32,000 nucleotides of DNA. Source: Bellilinea caldifistulae. Lineage in GTDB: Bacteria; Chloroflexota; Anaerolineae; Anaerolineales; Anaerolineaceae. Positions 1 to 8,689 of the stretch are shown here, one piece after another. Position 1 is the first letter of the stretch. Each line of letters starts with the position of its first letter. Under the pieces are notes generated by a model, which was not told where the DNA came from, searched no databases, and worked only from the letters and a program-made list of their open reading frames with translations. The stretch spans positions 272,539 to 304,538 of the forward strand of contig NZ_LGHJ01000012.1 in NCBI RefSeq assembly GCF_001306055.1, written 5' to 3'. The translations under genes and the position numbers were made by a program.

Positions 1-1966
1 CCTGATGCACCATCACCTTGAGGGATGGGGCAAAGCGGCGAGTTTCGCGATCCCAGTTGGTCACAACCGAGGTAGGGCAAATCAGCAAAGTGGGAGCCGG
101 CAACTTACCCAGCGATTCTTTTTCATACAACAACAACGCCAGCGCCTGAATGGTCTTGCCTAACCCCATGTCATCCGCCAGAATGGCCCCCAATCCCCAG
201 CGGCGGTAGAAAGCCAGCCACGAAAAGCCAAACCGCTGATACGGACGCAGGCTGCCGTTGAGCGTAGCCGGTTGCGGCAGTTCGCTGAGGCGGTGATTGT
301 CTGAAAGGCGGTCAAGCCACTCCGCCACCCACCCTTCCGCCTGGACTTCATCTAGCGGCAGGCCGTGGGCGGTATCGGCCCCCAGCGCCAGTTGGGCGGC
401 TTCCAGTAGTCCCATCTGCCCACGGCGCTGCTGCTTTTCCCAAAAGCGGATGGCTGCCTCGATCTGCTCGGCATCCAGCTGCACCCACTGACCGCGCAAT
501 TGTACCAGAGGCACTTTCAGGGCAGCCAGCTGCTCAAATTCTTCGCGTGAAAGAGTGGTATCCCCCAGTGAGAGTTCCCACTCATAGTTAATCAGGGTCT
601 GGAATGTAAAATGGGCGGGCATGCCATTCTGCAGAGGCACATCCTTTTGAGGGAACAGTTTGACCCGCACCCCAAGCCGTGCGCCGCGCTGATTCCACCA
701 CGGCGGTACCAGAATCCCAAAACCGGACTGTTCCAACAGCGGGGCTGCCTCGCGTAAAAACTGGTAGGCCGAGGTGGTGTCCAGTTCCAGACCGGTGGGG
801 TGTTTGGCCTGTAAACTGGTGCGGATGGGGTTGAAGAACTTGGCCGCAAAGCCCAGACCCGCCAGCAACAATTCCTGGGGGTGTTTGAGATGAGCAACCG
901 CCTTCATGTCCGCCGCACTGCGGAACCAGATATCCTCAGCCGGGATCAACAGGCTGGGGTCTCTACGGGATTGCAGCAGATATTCCAGAGTCCAGCGCGG
1001 GTTTGGCAAAGAATCGTCAGCCGGCGGTGCCGTCAGGCGCAACGCCACCCGGAAATGTTCGTCCCCGGCGGCTTCCAGATTGCGCATCCAGGCCCGCAGG
1101 CTGCTGTAAAGGGCTTTCAACTGGGCCGGGCTGGCTTTGACCCGCGGATCGGCGGTGAACAGGGCTGCCAGCCAGATGTCGAGTGTGTTCTCTTTTTCAG
1201 GCAGCAGCAATGGGGCTTTGGAGCGTCCCCAGGAGCGCGCCAGCGCGTCACAAGTCATTTTCAAGAAGCTATCCAGCAGGCTGCGCGAGGTATGACTGAC
1301 CTGTTTGATGGTCTTCCCGATGGCAACCGCGCTGCTCACTTCAGCCCGGCAAATCGGCGGCATGGCGCGTTCCAGCAAAGCAAGGCGGATACCGTCTTCC
1401 TGCCCATCCAGCACCGGACGCCAGCGCGCCAAGTACATTTCCGGCTGACCTTCGGCAATCACCTGCTCCAGGGTGGGCAAAATGCGCTGCCCGGCAAGGA
1501 TTTCCAGCACCAGCCCGCATACGGTTTGCCAGTAGCGCGCGTCTGGCCCCAGCATGAAGCCGCTGGTTCGGCTTTCAGCGGGCAGGTTGGCAAGCACGCC
1601 GAACGCCTTGCCGGCCGGCAGCCACAAGCCGCGCACCAGCCAGGGCAGCAATTTGGGGTTAGAAATCTCATCCGGTTCCCACTCCGGGTTCAGGTCCGGC
1701 GAGGGAAGCGGAATGTTTTGACTGGAAGGCAGACGCAGACGCACCGCGCCGATCTGGGCATCATCCAGCGGGGTACCACTGCCAATTTGCAAACGGATGG
1801 TATCCGGTTCAAGGCAGAAAGGATGATCCCGCACCTGAGTGCGTTTTGCCGCAAAACCCCGTCCGCGAGGTTCAGGCTTTTGTTCCGGGCTTTCTGCCCA
1901 GAACAAGACCCCTCCACTCTCTGTGGGACGGCGCGGCGGCTGCCAGTGAGCGTGTAATACCCACAT
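1..1966 (-). CDS. SNF2/RAD54-family helicase, N-terminal ~655 codons (SNF2-associated N-domain plus start of ATPase core); 3' part lies beyond the left edge
   Basis: Absent from the ORF track because it has no in-window stop. The reverse frame opens at ATG 1966..1964, with an in-frame TAA three codons upstream, and stays open to base 1. Hand translation starts MWVLHAHWQPPRRPTESGGVLFWAE. Near the left edge it reads LRPYQRFGFSWLAFYRRWGLGAILADDMGLGKTIQALALLLYEKE...LLICPTSVVTNW. This is SNF2 motif I (DxxGLGKT, ~152..175) and motif Ia. The ATG of DDMG at 169..167 is in frame with 1966. Confidence 0.85.
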   Translation of the reverse strand, partial: MWVLHAHWQPPRRPTESGGVLFWAESPEQKPEPRGRGFAAKRTQVRDHPFCLEPDTIRLQIGSGTPLDDAQIGAVRLRLPSSQNIPLPSPDLNPEWEPDEISNPKLLPWLVRGLWLPAGKAFGVLANLPAESRTSGFMLGPDARYWQTVCGLVLEILAGQRILPTLEQVIAEGQPEMYLARWRPVLDGQEDGIRLALLERAMPPICRAEVSSAVAIGKTIKQVSHTSRSLLDSFLKMTCDALARSWGRSKAPLLLPEKENTLDIWLAALFTADPRVKASPAQLKALYSSLRAWMRNLEAAGDEHFRVALRLTAPPADDSLPNPRWTLEYLLQSRRDPSLLIPAEDIWFRSAADMKAVAHLKHPQELLLAGLGFAAKFFNPIRTSLQAKHPTGLELDTTSAYQFLREAAPLLEQSGFGILVPPWWNQRGARLGVRVKLFPQKDVPLQNGMPAHFTFQTLINYEWELSLGDTTLSREEFEQLAALKVPLVQLRGQWVQLDAEQIEAAIRFWEKQQRRGQMGLLEAAQLALGADTAHGLPLDEVQAEGWVAEWLDRLSDNHRLSELPQPATLNGSLRPYQRFGFSWLAFYRRWGLGAILADDMGLGKTIQALALLLYEKESLGKLPAPTLLICPTSVVTNWDRETRRFAPSLKVMVHQ

Positions 1967-2285
1967 AACGGCTTATGAATTAACCTTCGGATTCAAAAAT
2001 GATACTTCCTCAACGGATTCTTAAAGTTGCAGGCAAACGCCGAATTTCGGCGAAAGGCGGTAAGTCCATCCATTCATGCTTCACACCTCAGCGGGTGTGT
2101 TCACCAACCCACTTTCCCCTCGCATTCAAATGAGCAATTTCAAAGGTTCAACACCAATATGACCAGTTGACTCGTTCATCAAGATTGTTTGTGAAGCGTC
2201 CCTCGGTCACTCAGGCATACTGCCTCGTCCCCCATCATCAAGTGACTTACTCGTCCGCTTCGGTTTAGCATAGATCAACAATCTA

Positions 2286-2312
2286 ATTATAACCGAACTC
2301 GTAAAATTGCAA
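2286..2312 (-). promoter_or_regulatory. candidate sigma70-type promoter for the SNF2 gene (TTGCAA-N15-TATAAT)
   Basis: The minus strand reads ccTTGCAAttttacgagttcggtTATAATtag. The -10 is perfect (plus-strand 2286..2291) and the -35-like TTGCAA sits at 2307..2312. The 15-nt spacing is short. It would give a ~310-nt leader. Confidence 0.35.
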
Positions 2313-2387
2313 GGTTTTTTACAAGGTTGTGTTTTTGTTGGGCGTCAGCAAGAAAATCATCCAAGAATCGCCACCCGGTTAAAGTCT

Positions 2388-2436
2388 TGTCCGGCTGCCC
2401 TTCTTCCGTGTTTAGCCGGAGCAGGGCAGCCGGACA
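2388..2436 (-). terminator. 13-bp stem hairpin just downstream of the pheT stop
   Basis: tgtccggctgccc (2388..2400) pairs perfectly with gggcagccggaca (2424..2436). The loop is 23 nt. It begins 15 nt after the pheT TAG (2451..2453). There is no clear U-tract, so intrinsic-terminator function is uncertain. Confidence 0.4.
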
Positions 2437-2450
2437 AACAGGCCGGCCCT

Positions 2451-4997
2451 CTAGCCGCGCAGTCTGGCGTTGACTTGCTGCTCCAACCGGCGGATGATCC
2501 GCTGGCGGATCTGGGCTGCTTCAGCCGCGGTAAGGGTATGATCGTCGGCCTGGTAGGTCAGGCTGTAGGCCAGACTCTTCTTGCCCGCGCCAATCTGTTC
2601 ACCGCGGTAGATATCAAACAGACGCACCGCCCGCAGCATTTTGCCGCCACCCTGCCAGATGGCTTTCTCCACTTCCACCGCCGGTACATCCTCATCCACA
2701 ATCACAGCAATATCTTCCAGAACCGGCGGAAAGACCGGCACGGGCTGCGTCTCGCGGCGGCTCTGGCGGCTGGCGAGGATCGCCTGCATGTCCAATTCAG
2801 CGACAATCACCGGCGGGGTCAGCAGGTCATACTGCTCTTTGACCAGCGGGTGCAGTTCCCCAAACACTCCCAAACGGACATCCCCGCTGAACAATTCAGC
2901 AGATTTGCCGGGGTGCAGGGAGGGATGGGCTGCCGGTTCAAAGCGCAGCGGTTGGAGGTGCAGGTCGCTGCCCAAGCATTCCAGAATGCCCTTCAGGTCG
3001 AAGAAATCGTAGTAAGGCGGGCGGGCATTATCCCAGGCCGGTGGCTGACGCAATCCGCTCAGGGCAATCGCCACAAAAATCGGCTCATCCGGCAAAACCT
3101 GATCCTGGCGCGGCCAGAAGACCGGCCCAATTTCAAACAGAGCCAGCCGTTCGCTCAGTCGCGCGTTCTTTTCCAGCGTATCCAGCAGCGAGGCCAGCAA
3201 CGAACGGCGCATGACCGCCCGTTCCGGGTTGAGCGGATTGCGGAGGGTCAGGTATGCCGGTTCGGGCGGACGGTTCTCCGGCGGGTAGAGGCGCATCTCG
3301 CGCTGCGGGGCAGTCAGGCGGTAGTTGATGACTTCCTGCAGCCCAAAGCGAATCAAGGCCTGGCGCACCTGTTTTTCCACCTCCAACGCCGCATCCGAGC
3401 GCGGCAGCGGCAGCGGATCAGCCAGACGGGTAGAGGGGATGTTCTGGTAACCGTAAATGCGCGCAATTTCTTCGATCAAATCGGCTTTACCAGTCTCGCC
3501 GCTGCCAATATCCAGACGGTGTGGCGGGGTTTTGGCAAGCACCTCGTCCCCCTCAACCCGGCAGGTAAATTCAAGCCGGTTGAGAATTTCGGCAATCTGA
3601 CCCGCGTTCAGTTCAATCCCCAGCAGACGGCGCACATCCGCTTCGCTCAGGCGGATTTCGGGGTCTTGGGGCGGTAGGGGATATTCATCCACCAGATCAG
3701 CGTACACCTGACCACCGCTCCACTCCGCCATTCGCTGTAAACACAACACAACGCCCTGTTCGGCAAGGGCTGGATGCACCCCGCGCGAAAAACGGTAAGC
3801 CGCTTCGGAATTCAAGCGCTGATGAAAGGCGGTGCGGCGCACATTGACGAAGTTCCAGGCCGCACCTTCCAGCAGCACCGTGCGGGTCTGCGGGCTGACC
3901 TCGCTTTCCAGCCCGCCCATCACGCCGGCCAGCGAGAGAGGTCCGGCCGTATCGCACACCAGCACGGTAAACGGTTCGAGGGTACGCTCCACCCCATCCA
4001 GCGTGGTCAGTTTTTCGCCCGGCTCGGCCGCGCGGGTGATGATGGTCGGCGAACCGCCGCCGGCGCGTCGCACCAGCACATCGTAATCAAAGGCATGCAG
4101 CGGTTCTCCCAGTTCCAGCATGACGTAGTTGGTCGCATCCACCACACTGTTGATCGGGCGCATGCCCGCCAGACGCAGTCGGCGCTGAACCCAGTAGGGG
4201 CTCGGCTGCGGCGTTACGCCTTCCACCAGCCCCAGCACAAAACGCGGGTTGAGGGTTGGGTCGGTGATCCGTATTGCCGCTTTGCCCTTCATCGAGGGGC
4301 CTTTTTCGGGCAGTTTTGCCTGCGGGTAACGCAGGGGTTTACCGAGCAATGCGGCCAGTTCGCGCGCCACCCCAATCATCGAGGCGTTCCGAATCATGTT
4401 GGGCAATATCGAAACTTCCAGCACGGCATCGCCCATGTAATCCACCAGCGGCACACCGGTCGGCGCGTCATCATCCAGCAGGATGATGCCCTCATGCTCA
4501 TCGGAGATGCCCAGTTCCTTCTCGGAACAAACCATCGAAAACGAATCCACCCCCCGAATCCGGGCGCGTTTGAGGGTGGTCAGCACCTGACCGGGCTGGT
4601 GACCATCGTAAATGCGCGCCCCTTCACGAGCATAAGCCACCTTGATCGGTTTGGGCAGAGGGCCTTTGCCCTTGTACTCGAACAAATTGGGCGCGCCGGT
4701 CAGAACGATGATTTCACCCGTGCCGTCGTTCAAGCGGCACAGTACCAGCCGGTCGGCATTCGGGTGCGGCATGACCTCGTCAATCTGAGCAACCACAATT
4801 TTATCGGGCTGCCACGAAAGTCCGGTCACCTTGAACTCGCGCGGCGTATCGGCCGGCAGGCCGGCATACGGATCGGGCAGGCCCACCAGTTGAATCTCTT
4901 CCACCTCCAGCCCGGCCATCGTCAGGGTTCTGGCCAGATCCAGCAGGGGCAGATCAATCTCGATATAATCTTTGAGCCAGGAAAGCGGTATTTTCAT
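2451..4997 (-). CDS. pheT: phenylalanine--tRNA ligase beta subunit
   Basis: 848-aa ORF. N-terminus MKIPLSWLKDYIEIDLPLLDLARTLTMAGLEVEEI is the classic PheT start. Length fits, and the ferredoxin-fold anticodon-binding C-terminus is typical. Its ATG overlaps the pheS TGA by 1 nt (TGATG). Confidence 0.97.
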   Translation of the reverse strand: MKIPLSWLKDYIEIDLPLLDLARTLTMAGLEVEEIQLVGLPDPYAGLPADTPREFKVTGLSWQPDKIVVAQIDEVMPHPNADRLVLCRLNDGTGEIIVLTGAPNLFEYKGKGPLPKPIKVAYAREGARIYDGHQPGQVLTTLKRARIRGVDSFSMVCSEKELGISDEHEGIILLDDDAPTGVPLVDYMGDAVLEVSILPNMIRNASMIGVARELAALLGKPLRYPQAKLPEKGPSMKGKAAIRITDPTLNPRFVLGLVEGVTPQPSPYWVQRRLRLAGMRPINSVVDATNYVMLELGEPLHAFDYDVLVRRAGGGSPTIITRAAEPGEKLTTLDGVERTLEPFTVLVCDTAGPLSLAGVMGGLESEVSPQTRTVLLEGAAWNFVNVRRTAFHQRLNSEAAYRFSRGVHPALAEQGVVLCLQRMAEWSGGQVYADLVDEYPLPPQDPEIRLSEADVRRLLGIELNAGQIAEILNRLEFTCRVEGDEVLAKTPPHRLDIGSGETGKADLIEEIARIYGYQNIPSTRLADPLPLPRSDAALEVEKQVRQALIRFGLQEVINYRLTAPQREMRLYPPENRPPEPAYLTLRNPLNPERAVMRRSLLASLLDTLEKNARLSERLALFEIGPVFWPRQDQVLPDEPIFVAIALSGLRQPPAWDNARPPYYDFFDLKGILECLGSDLHLQPLRFEPAAHPSLHPGKSAELFSGDVRLGVFGELHPLVKEQYDLLTPPVIVAELDMQAILASRQSRRETQPVPVFPPVLEDIAVIVDEDVPAVEVEKAIWQGGGKMLRAVRLFDIYRGEQIGAGKKSLAYSLTYQADDHTLTAAEAAQIRQRIIRRLEQQVNARLRG

Positions 4998-6040
4998 CAG
5001 AACTGCTCCAGAAAACGAATATCATTCGCCCAAAAGTAACGGATATCCTCGATGTGGTACTTCAACATGGCAATCCGCTCCGGTCCAAGTCCGGCTGCAA
5101 AACCGGAATAGACCGCCGGATCATACCCGCCGTTTTGGAGCACCACCGGATGCACCATGCCGCAGCCGCCAATTTCCAGCCAGCCGCTGCCGCGGCACAC
5201 CCCGCAGCCCTTGCCGCCGCAGATGAAACACTCCATGTCCACCTCTGCGCTCGGCTCGGTGAAGGGGAAGTAGGACGGCCGGAAACGGGTGCGGGCATTC
5301 TCGCCGAACATGCGCCGGGCAAAGCTTTCCAGCGTGCCTTTCAGGTCGGCAAAGGTGATGTGCTGCCCCACCGCCAGCAACTCCACCTGATTGAATTGCA
5401 TCTCATGGCTGGCATTGGTCTGCTCATAGCGGTAGACCATGCCCGGCAGGATAACCCGGATCGGGTTGGGGGCCATCTCACGCATGGCGCGAATCTGACC
5501 GGGGGATGTGTGTGTCCGCAGGATGACGCCGGGGGTGGTGGTGTGAAAGGTATCCCACATATCCCGGGCCGGATGATGAGCGGGGATGTTGAGCAGTTCA
5601 AAGTTCATCTCCTCCGTCTCCACTTCCGGCGAGCGGTAAATTTGAAAGCCCATCTCGATAAAGATAGCGCAGATTTCATCCAGCGCCTGCGTAGCCGGGT
5701 GAGCCCGGCCGAAAGCCGGTAACCGCCCCGGCAGGGTCACATCCAGCCGTTCGGCGGTCAGTTTGCGTTCCAACGCTTCGCGGCGTAGCACGGCGGCGCG
5801 TTCTTCCAGCGCATTTTCCAGCGCTACCTTGACCTGATTGGCTTTCTGCCCGACTTGCTGGCGCAGCTCTTTGGGAATGCTGCCCATCCGCGCAAAGACC
5901 TGCATCACCGGCGCGCTGCGCCCCAGATGGGCGGTGCGCCAGCCGACCAGTTGGGCTTCATCCTGAATCTGTTGCAAGGCGTCCAGTCCATTTTGTAAAA
6001 TGCGGTCAAGTTCTTCCAAGATGTTTTCGGAATCGTTCAC
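4997..6040 (-). CDS. pheS: phenylalanine--tRNA ligase alpha subunit
   Basis: 347-aa ORF with class II aaRS motifs (RPSYFPFTEPSAEVD, GCGMVHPVVL, GFAAGLGPERIAML). GTG start at 6040..6038, preceded by GGGAGGT 6 nt upstream. Confidence 0.96.
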   Translation of the reverse strand: MNDSENILEELDRILQNGLDALQQIQDEAQLVGWRTAHLGRSAPVMQVFARMGSIPKELRQQVGQKANQVKVALENALEERAAVLRREALERKLTAERLDVTLPGRLPAFGRAHPATQALDEICAIFIEMGFQIYRSPEVETEEMNFELLNIPAHHPARDMWDTFHTTTPGVILRTHTSPGQIRAMREMAPNPIRVILPGMVYRYEQTNASHEMQFNQVELLAVGQHITFADLKGTLESFARRMFGENARTRFRPSYFPFTEPSAEVDMECFICGGKGCGVCRGSGWLEIGGCGMVHPVVLQNGGYDPAVYSGFAAGLGPERIAMLKYHIEDIRYFWANDIRFLEQF

Positions 6041-6059
6041 GTTTACCTCCCGATTCGAT

Positions 6060-6350
6060 TTGCGGTGAATAAAAATCCCGTCCCGGTCAAGGGACGGGAG
6101 GGATTTTCCCGCGGTACCACCCTGCTTGGCTGCCGGTGTAGCAGCCCACTCAACCCAACGGTTCTACCATCCGGCAGAACGATTGGAGCGCCGGTTAACG
6201 CTGGCGATGCGGCCCGAACTACTGGCTCTCGCTAAGGAGAGCGTTCCCCCGGGCGGCTCAGGAGGGAACTTCGACCGGTTTCTGCCGGGCTGGGGTTTCA
6301 GTCTGCGCCCCGGCCTCCCTGTCGGTTTCCGCCGGTTTACTTTCCTCCGT
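6060..6350 (-). promoter_or_regulatory. T-box riboswitch leader with Phe (UUC) specifier, controlling pheST by transcription termination
   Basis: The minus strand contains the T-box core AGCAGGGUGGUACCGCG (plus-strand 6110..6122 = cgcggtaccaccc). An intrinsic terminator follows: UCCCGUCCC-UUGACC-GGGACGGGA (6076..6099) plus UUUUUAUU. Stem I spans ~6261..6348, closed by GGAGG/CCUCC, with the AGUA S-turn motif on the 5' side. GAAGUUCC on the 3' side places the UUC codon at plus-strand 6266..6268. The UGGU bulge fits an A73 discriminator. Confidence 0.9.
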
Positions 6351-6380
6351 CATTGCCGTTTGCGGATATGGAATATCCTT

Positions 6381-6408
6381 ATTATCTTCAGAATGAACGG
6401 CTTGTCAA
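6381..6408 (-). promoter_or_regulatory. promoter of the pheST T-box leader (TTGACA-N16-GATAAT)
   Basis: The minus strand reads TTGACAagccgttcattctgaaGATAATaagg. -35 at plus-strand 6403..6408, -10 at 6381..6386. It lies ~30 nt upstream of the start of Stem I. Confidence 0.6.
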
Positions 6409-6500
6409 GGACAAAAATTTTTTCTTCTCTGCCGCCGTCCTGCGCCAATCGTAGTAAAATCAATCCGGCTTTTACCTGCACCCTGTCTTCTCTCTACCCT

Positions 6501-7730
6501 ATGCGACGATTGTTTGAAACCCGCTTTCCGGCTCAATTCTGGCTGATGTTTGCCGGAATGCTGATCAGCACCATCGGCGCCAGCATGATCTGGCCTTTTT
6601 TGATGATTTACGTCAGCGAGAGGCTGAACATGCCGCTGACCGTCAGCGCCGGCTTGTTGACCATCAATTCCGTCTGCGGACTGATCAGTTCCTTCATCGC
6701 CGGGCCGGTGATTGACCGTCTCGGGCGCAAGTGGGTCATGGCTATCAGTCTGCTGCTCAACGGCCTGGGGTACTTACTGATGAGCCGCGCTGAAACTTAC
6801 CCGGCCTTCGTCCTGTTAATGATTCTGCAGGGCTCGGCCAACCCGCTCTACCGCGTCGGCGCCGATGCAATGATGGCCGATTTGATTCCGCCCGAAAAAC
6901 GGGTGGACGGCTATTCGCTGATGCGCCTGAGCAACAACGTCGGTGTGGCCATCGGGCCGGCCGTGGGCGGTTTGATCGCCTCGGTTTCGTATCAATTTGC
7001 ATTTTATGGCGCAGCCGCCGGCTTAGCCATATACGGCTTGCTGATTGCCTTTCTGGCGCGCGAAACCCTCCCCCAGACCGGCAATGAAGCAGCCGATCTG
7101 CCCCAAAAGTCCGAAAGGTTTGGCGGTTACGGGCGTGTGCTGCGCGACCAACCCTATATGACCTTTCTGTTGGCGTTCATCTTCACCCAATTGAGCGCCT
7201 CGATTATGTGGGTGCTGCTTTCGGTGTATGCCAAAACCCATTATGGCGTTACCGAGCGATTATATGGCCTGATTCCGATGACCAATGCCCTCATGGTGGT
7301 CTTTTTCCAGATCCCGGTTACCATGCTCACCCGCCGGTTCAGTCCTCTGCCGGTTCTGGCGTTAGGCGGCTTGCTGTACGGGCTGGGCGTGGGCAGCGTG
7401 GCGTTCGGGGCGGGGTTCTGGGGCTTCTGGCTCAGCATGGTGGTCATGACCCTTGGTGAGCTGGTGCTGGTGCCGACTTCCTCCACCTACGCCGCCAATT
7501 TAGCCCCTGCCGACATGCGCGGGCGATACATGAGCCTTTACGGCCTGACCTGGAACGTAGCCGCCGGAATTGGCCCGGTGGCCGGCGGCTTTTTGAACGA
7601 CTGGTTCAGCCCGCAGGCAATCTGGTACGGTGGCGGGTTGTGCGGCATTTTCAGCGCGCTGTTGTTCATCTTCTTCTGGCTGCGCCGCCCGGCGGCAAAA
7701 ATAGCAGAAGAAAGGTTGACATCACCCTGA
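6501..7730 (+). CDS. MFS transporter (12-TM type)
   Basis: The track ORF 6126..7730 starts at a TTG inside the T-box leader. The realistic start is ATG 6501 (MRRLFETRFPAQFWLMFAGMLIS). MFS motif A is present (GPVIDRLGRKW). The protein is hydrophobic throughout. Confidence 0.85.
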   Translation: MRRLFETRFPAQFWLMFAGMLISTIGASMIWPFLMIYVSERLNMPLTVSAGLLTINSVCGLISSFIAGPVIDRLGRKWVMAISLLLNGLGYLLMSRAETYPAFVLLMILQGSANPLYRVGADAMMADLIPPEKRVDGYSLMRLSNNVGVAIGPAVGGLIASVSYQFAFYGAAAGLAIYGLLIAFLARETLPQTGNEAADLPQKSERFGGYGRVLRDQPYMTFLLAFIFTQLSASIMWVLLSVYAKTHYGVTERLYGLIPMTNALMVVFFQIPVTMLTRRFSPLPVLALGGLLYGLGVGSVAFGAGFWGFWLSMVVMTLGELVLVPTSSTYAANLAPADMRGRYMSLYGLTWNVAAGIGPVAGGFLNDWFSPQAIWYGGGLCGIFSALLFIFFWLRRPAAKIAEERLTSP

Positions 7731-7765
7731 TTGACATCTTTATTAAGTCAATTGGCGTAAAAGTT

Positions 7766-8689
7766 CTAACCGTTGATAACCCTCAACCATCGCAAGTAGC
7801 GGCTATCAGGATAACGCTGTGCTGCTAGATTAAGCCAAACCCATGGCACAAACCCCCATCCCAACCACCACCCCAACGGCCCAAACCAATTGGATGAAAG
7901 AGTCAGGAAAGACAATAGCAAAGCAATAGCCGCTGCACGTGGTCTCAAGCGGGCAATAGCAGGCGTTATCGGCAACAAATTATAGAAAATAACATGAGGA
8001 GAGATGAAAGCCCCGCTCGCCATCAACATGTCCATATCACCTCTCGAAAACCAGATGGTCAGCAAAAAAAAGGGCAATCCCCACCAGCCCAAACCGATAT
8101 TTTGTTCATAGCGTCCTTCGGCATAAAAACTTTCCGCTAACAGCATTGTATTCGGCCAATTACCCCAGATTACAATAGAAACTATTAACCAGAAAAACAG
8201 GCCTACGAGATAAGACCGTCTGGCACCTAAGGCAAATACAGCGATTTGCGGCTTAATCAGAGATAGAGGTACCAACCAAGGCAGTCCTAACAAACCCAGA
8301 ACCACTAAGCCCTCTAATTGACCAAGAAACACCGTCCAAAGCAACGGCAGACAGAAAAAAGCGGCTATTGCGCTAATTGGATGGACGGAACGCTGAATGG
8401 TTGCAAGCGAGAAAGCGGCCAAGGTTATCCCAACCAATAGGGGGTAGGTAAGAAACTGTATAATGTAAACAGTCCATGGGGGGTAAAATGGAGGAACTCG
8501 TTGAATGCCGAAAAAGTGAACCCAATCAAAAGCGAAGAAGCCATCTGCCGGAATCAAAGTAGCAGCACAGGAAAATATAAGGGTCAAAATGAAGAAGAGC
8601 GGAAGCGTCACCCGAAACGGTAATTTGTTCTTATAAATTTCCTGTTCTGGAAATAAAGGATCGATCTTTTGCCACCAGCGAACGAACAT
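7766..8689 (-). CDS. polytopic membrane protein of unknown family (~9 TM; possibly a small GT-C-like enzyme)
   Basis: 307-aa ORF in ~42% GC DNA, far too long to be random. A strong GGGAGGG Shine-Dalgarno lies 4-5 nt upstream of ATG 8689. The first loop carries an acidic/aromatic motif (PADGFFAFDWVHFF), as in GT-C first loops. The family assignment is inference only. Confidence 0.7.
   Translation of the reverse strand: MFVRWWQKIDPLFPEQEIYKNKLPFRVTLPLFFILTLIFSCAATLIPADGFFAFDWVHFFGIQRVPPFYPPWTVYIIQFLTYPLLVGITLAAFSLATIQRSVHPISAIAAFFCLPLLWTVFLGQLEGLVVLGLLGLPWLVPLSLIKPQIAVFALGARRSYLVGLFFWLIVSIVIWGNWPNTMLLAESFYAEGRYEQNIGLGWWGLPFFLLTIWFSRGDMDMLMASGAFISPHVIFYNLLPITPAIARLRPRAAAIALLLSFLTLSSNWFGPLGWWLGWGFVPWVWLNLAAQRYPDSRYLRWLRVING

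Noticed and set aside
881-1957. 358-aa plus-strand ORF (and the smaller ORFs at 160..351, 592..897, 1459..1671 and 1690..1917)
   Set aside because: Arg/Gln/Gly/Pro-rich composition with no recognisable motifs. It lies antisense or out of frame to a continuous, motif-bearing SNF2 reading frame. This is a typical high-GC shadow ORF.
1-1966. SNF2 helicase as part of a phage-defence system (DISARM/BREX-like)
   Set aside because: Nothing in the visible neighbourhood supports this: the upstream neighbour is pheST, and no methylase, nuclease or PLD gene is present. The downstream side is outside the window, so this stays untested rather than claimed.
2040-2080. RNase P- or other housekeeping-ncRNA-like fragment (ggcggtaagtcc) in the AT-rich spacer
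   Set aside because: Only a 6-nt resemblance to the GGAAAGUCCGG core. The region lacks the GC-rich helices expected for a structured RNA in a 60% GC genome.
2307-5039. 456-aa and 421-aa plus-strand ORFs (2307..3677 and 3774..5039) opposite pheT
   Set aside because: They are antisense to an unambiguous pheT. Their composition is Arg/Gln/His-rich, and neither has a Shine-Dalgarno or family resemblance.
6126-6500. N-terminal 125-codon extension of the MFS ORF (TTG start at 6126)
   Set aside because: It overlaps the minus-strand T-box leader and its promoter. The extension is non-hydrophobic, low-complexity and Arg-rich. The MFS domain begins cleanly at ATG 6501.
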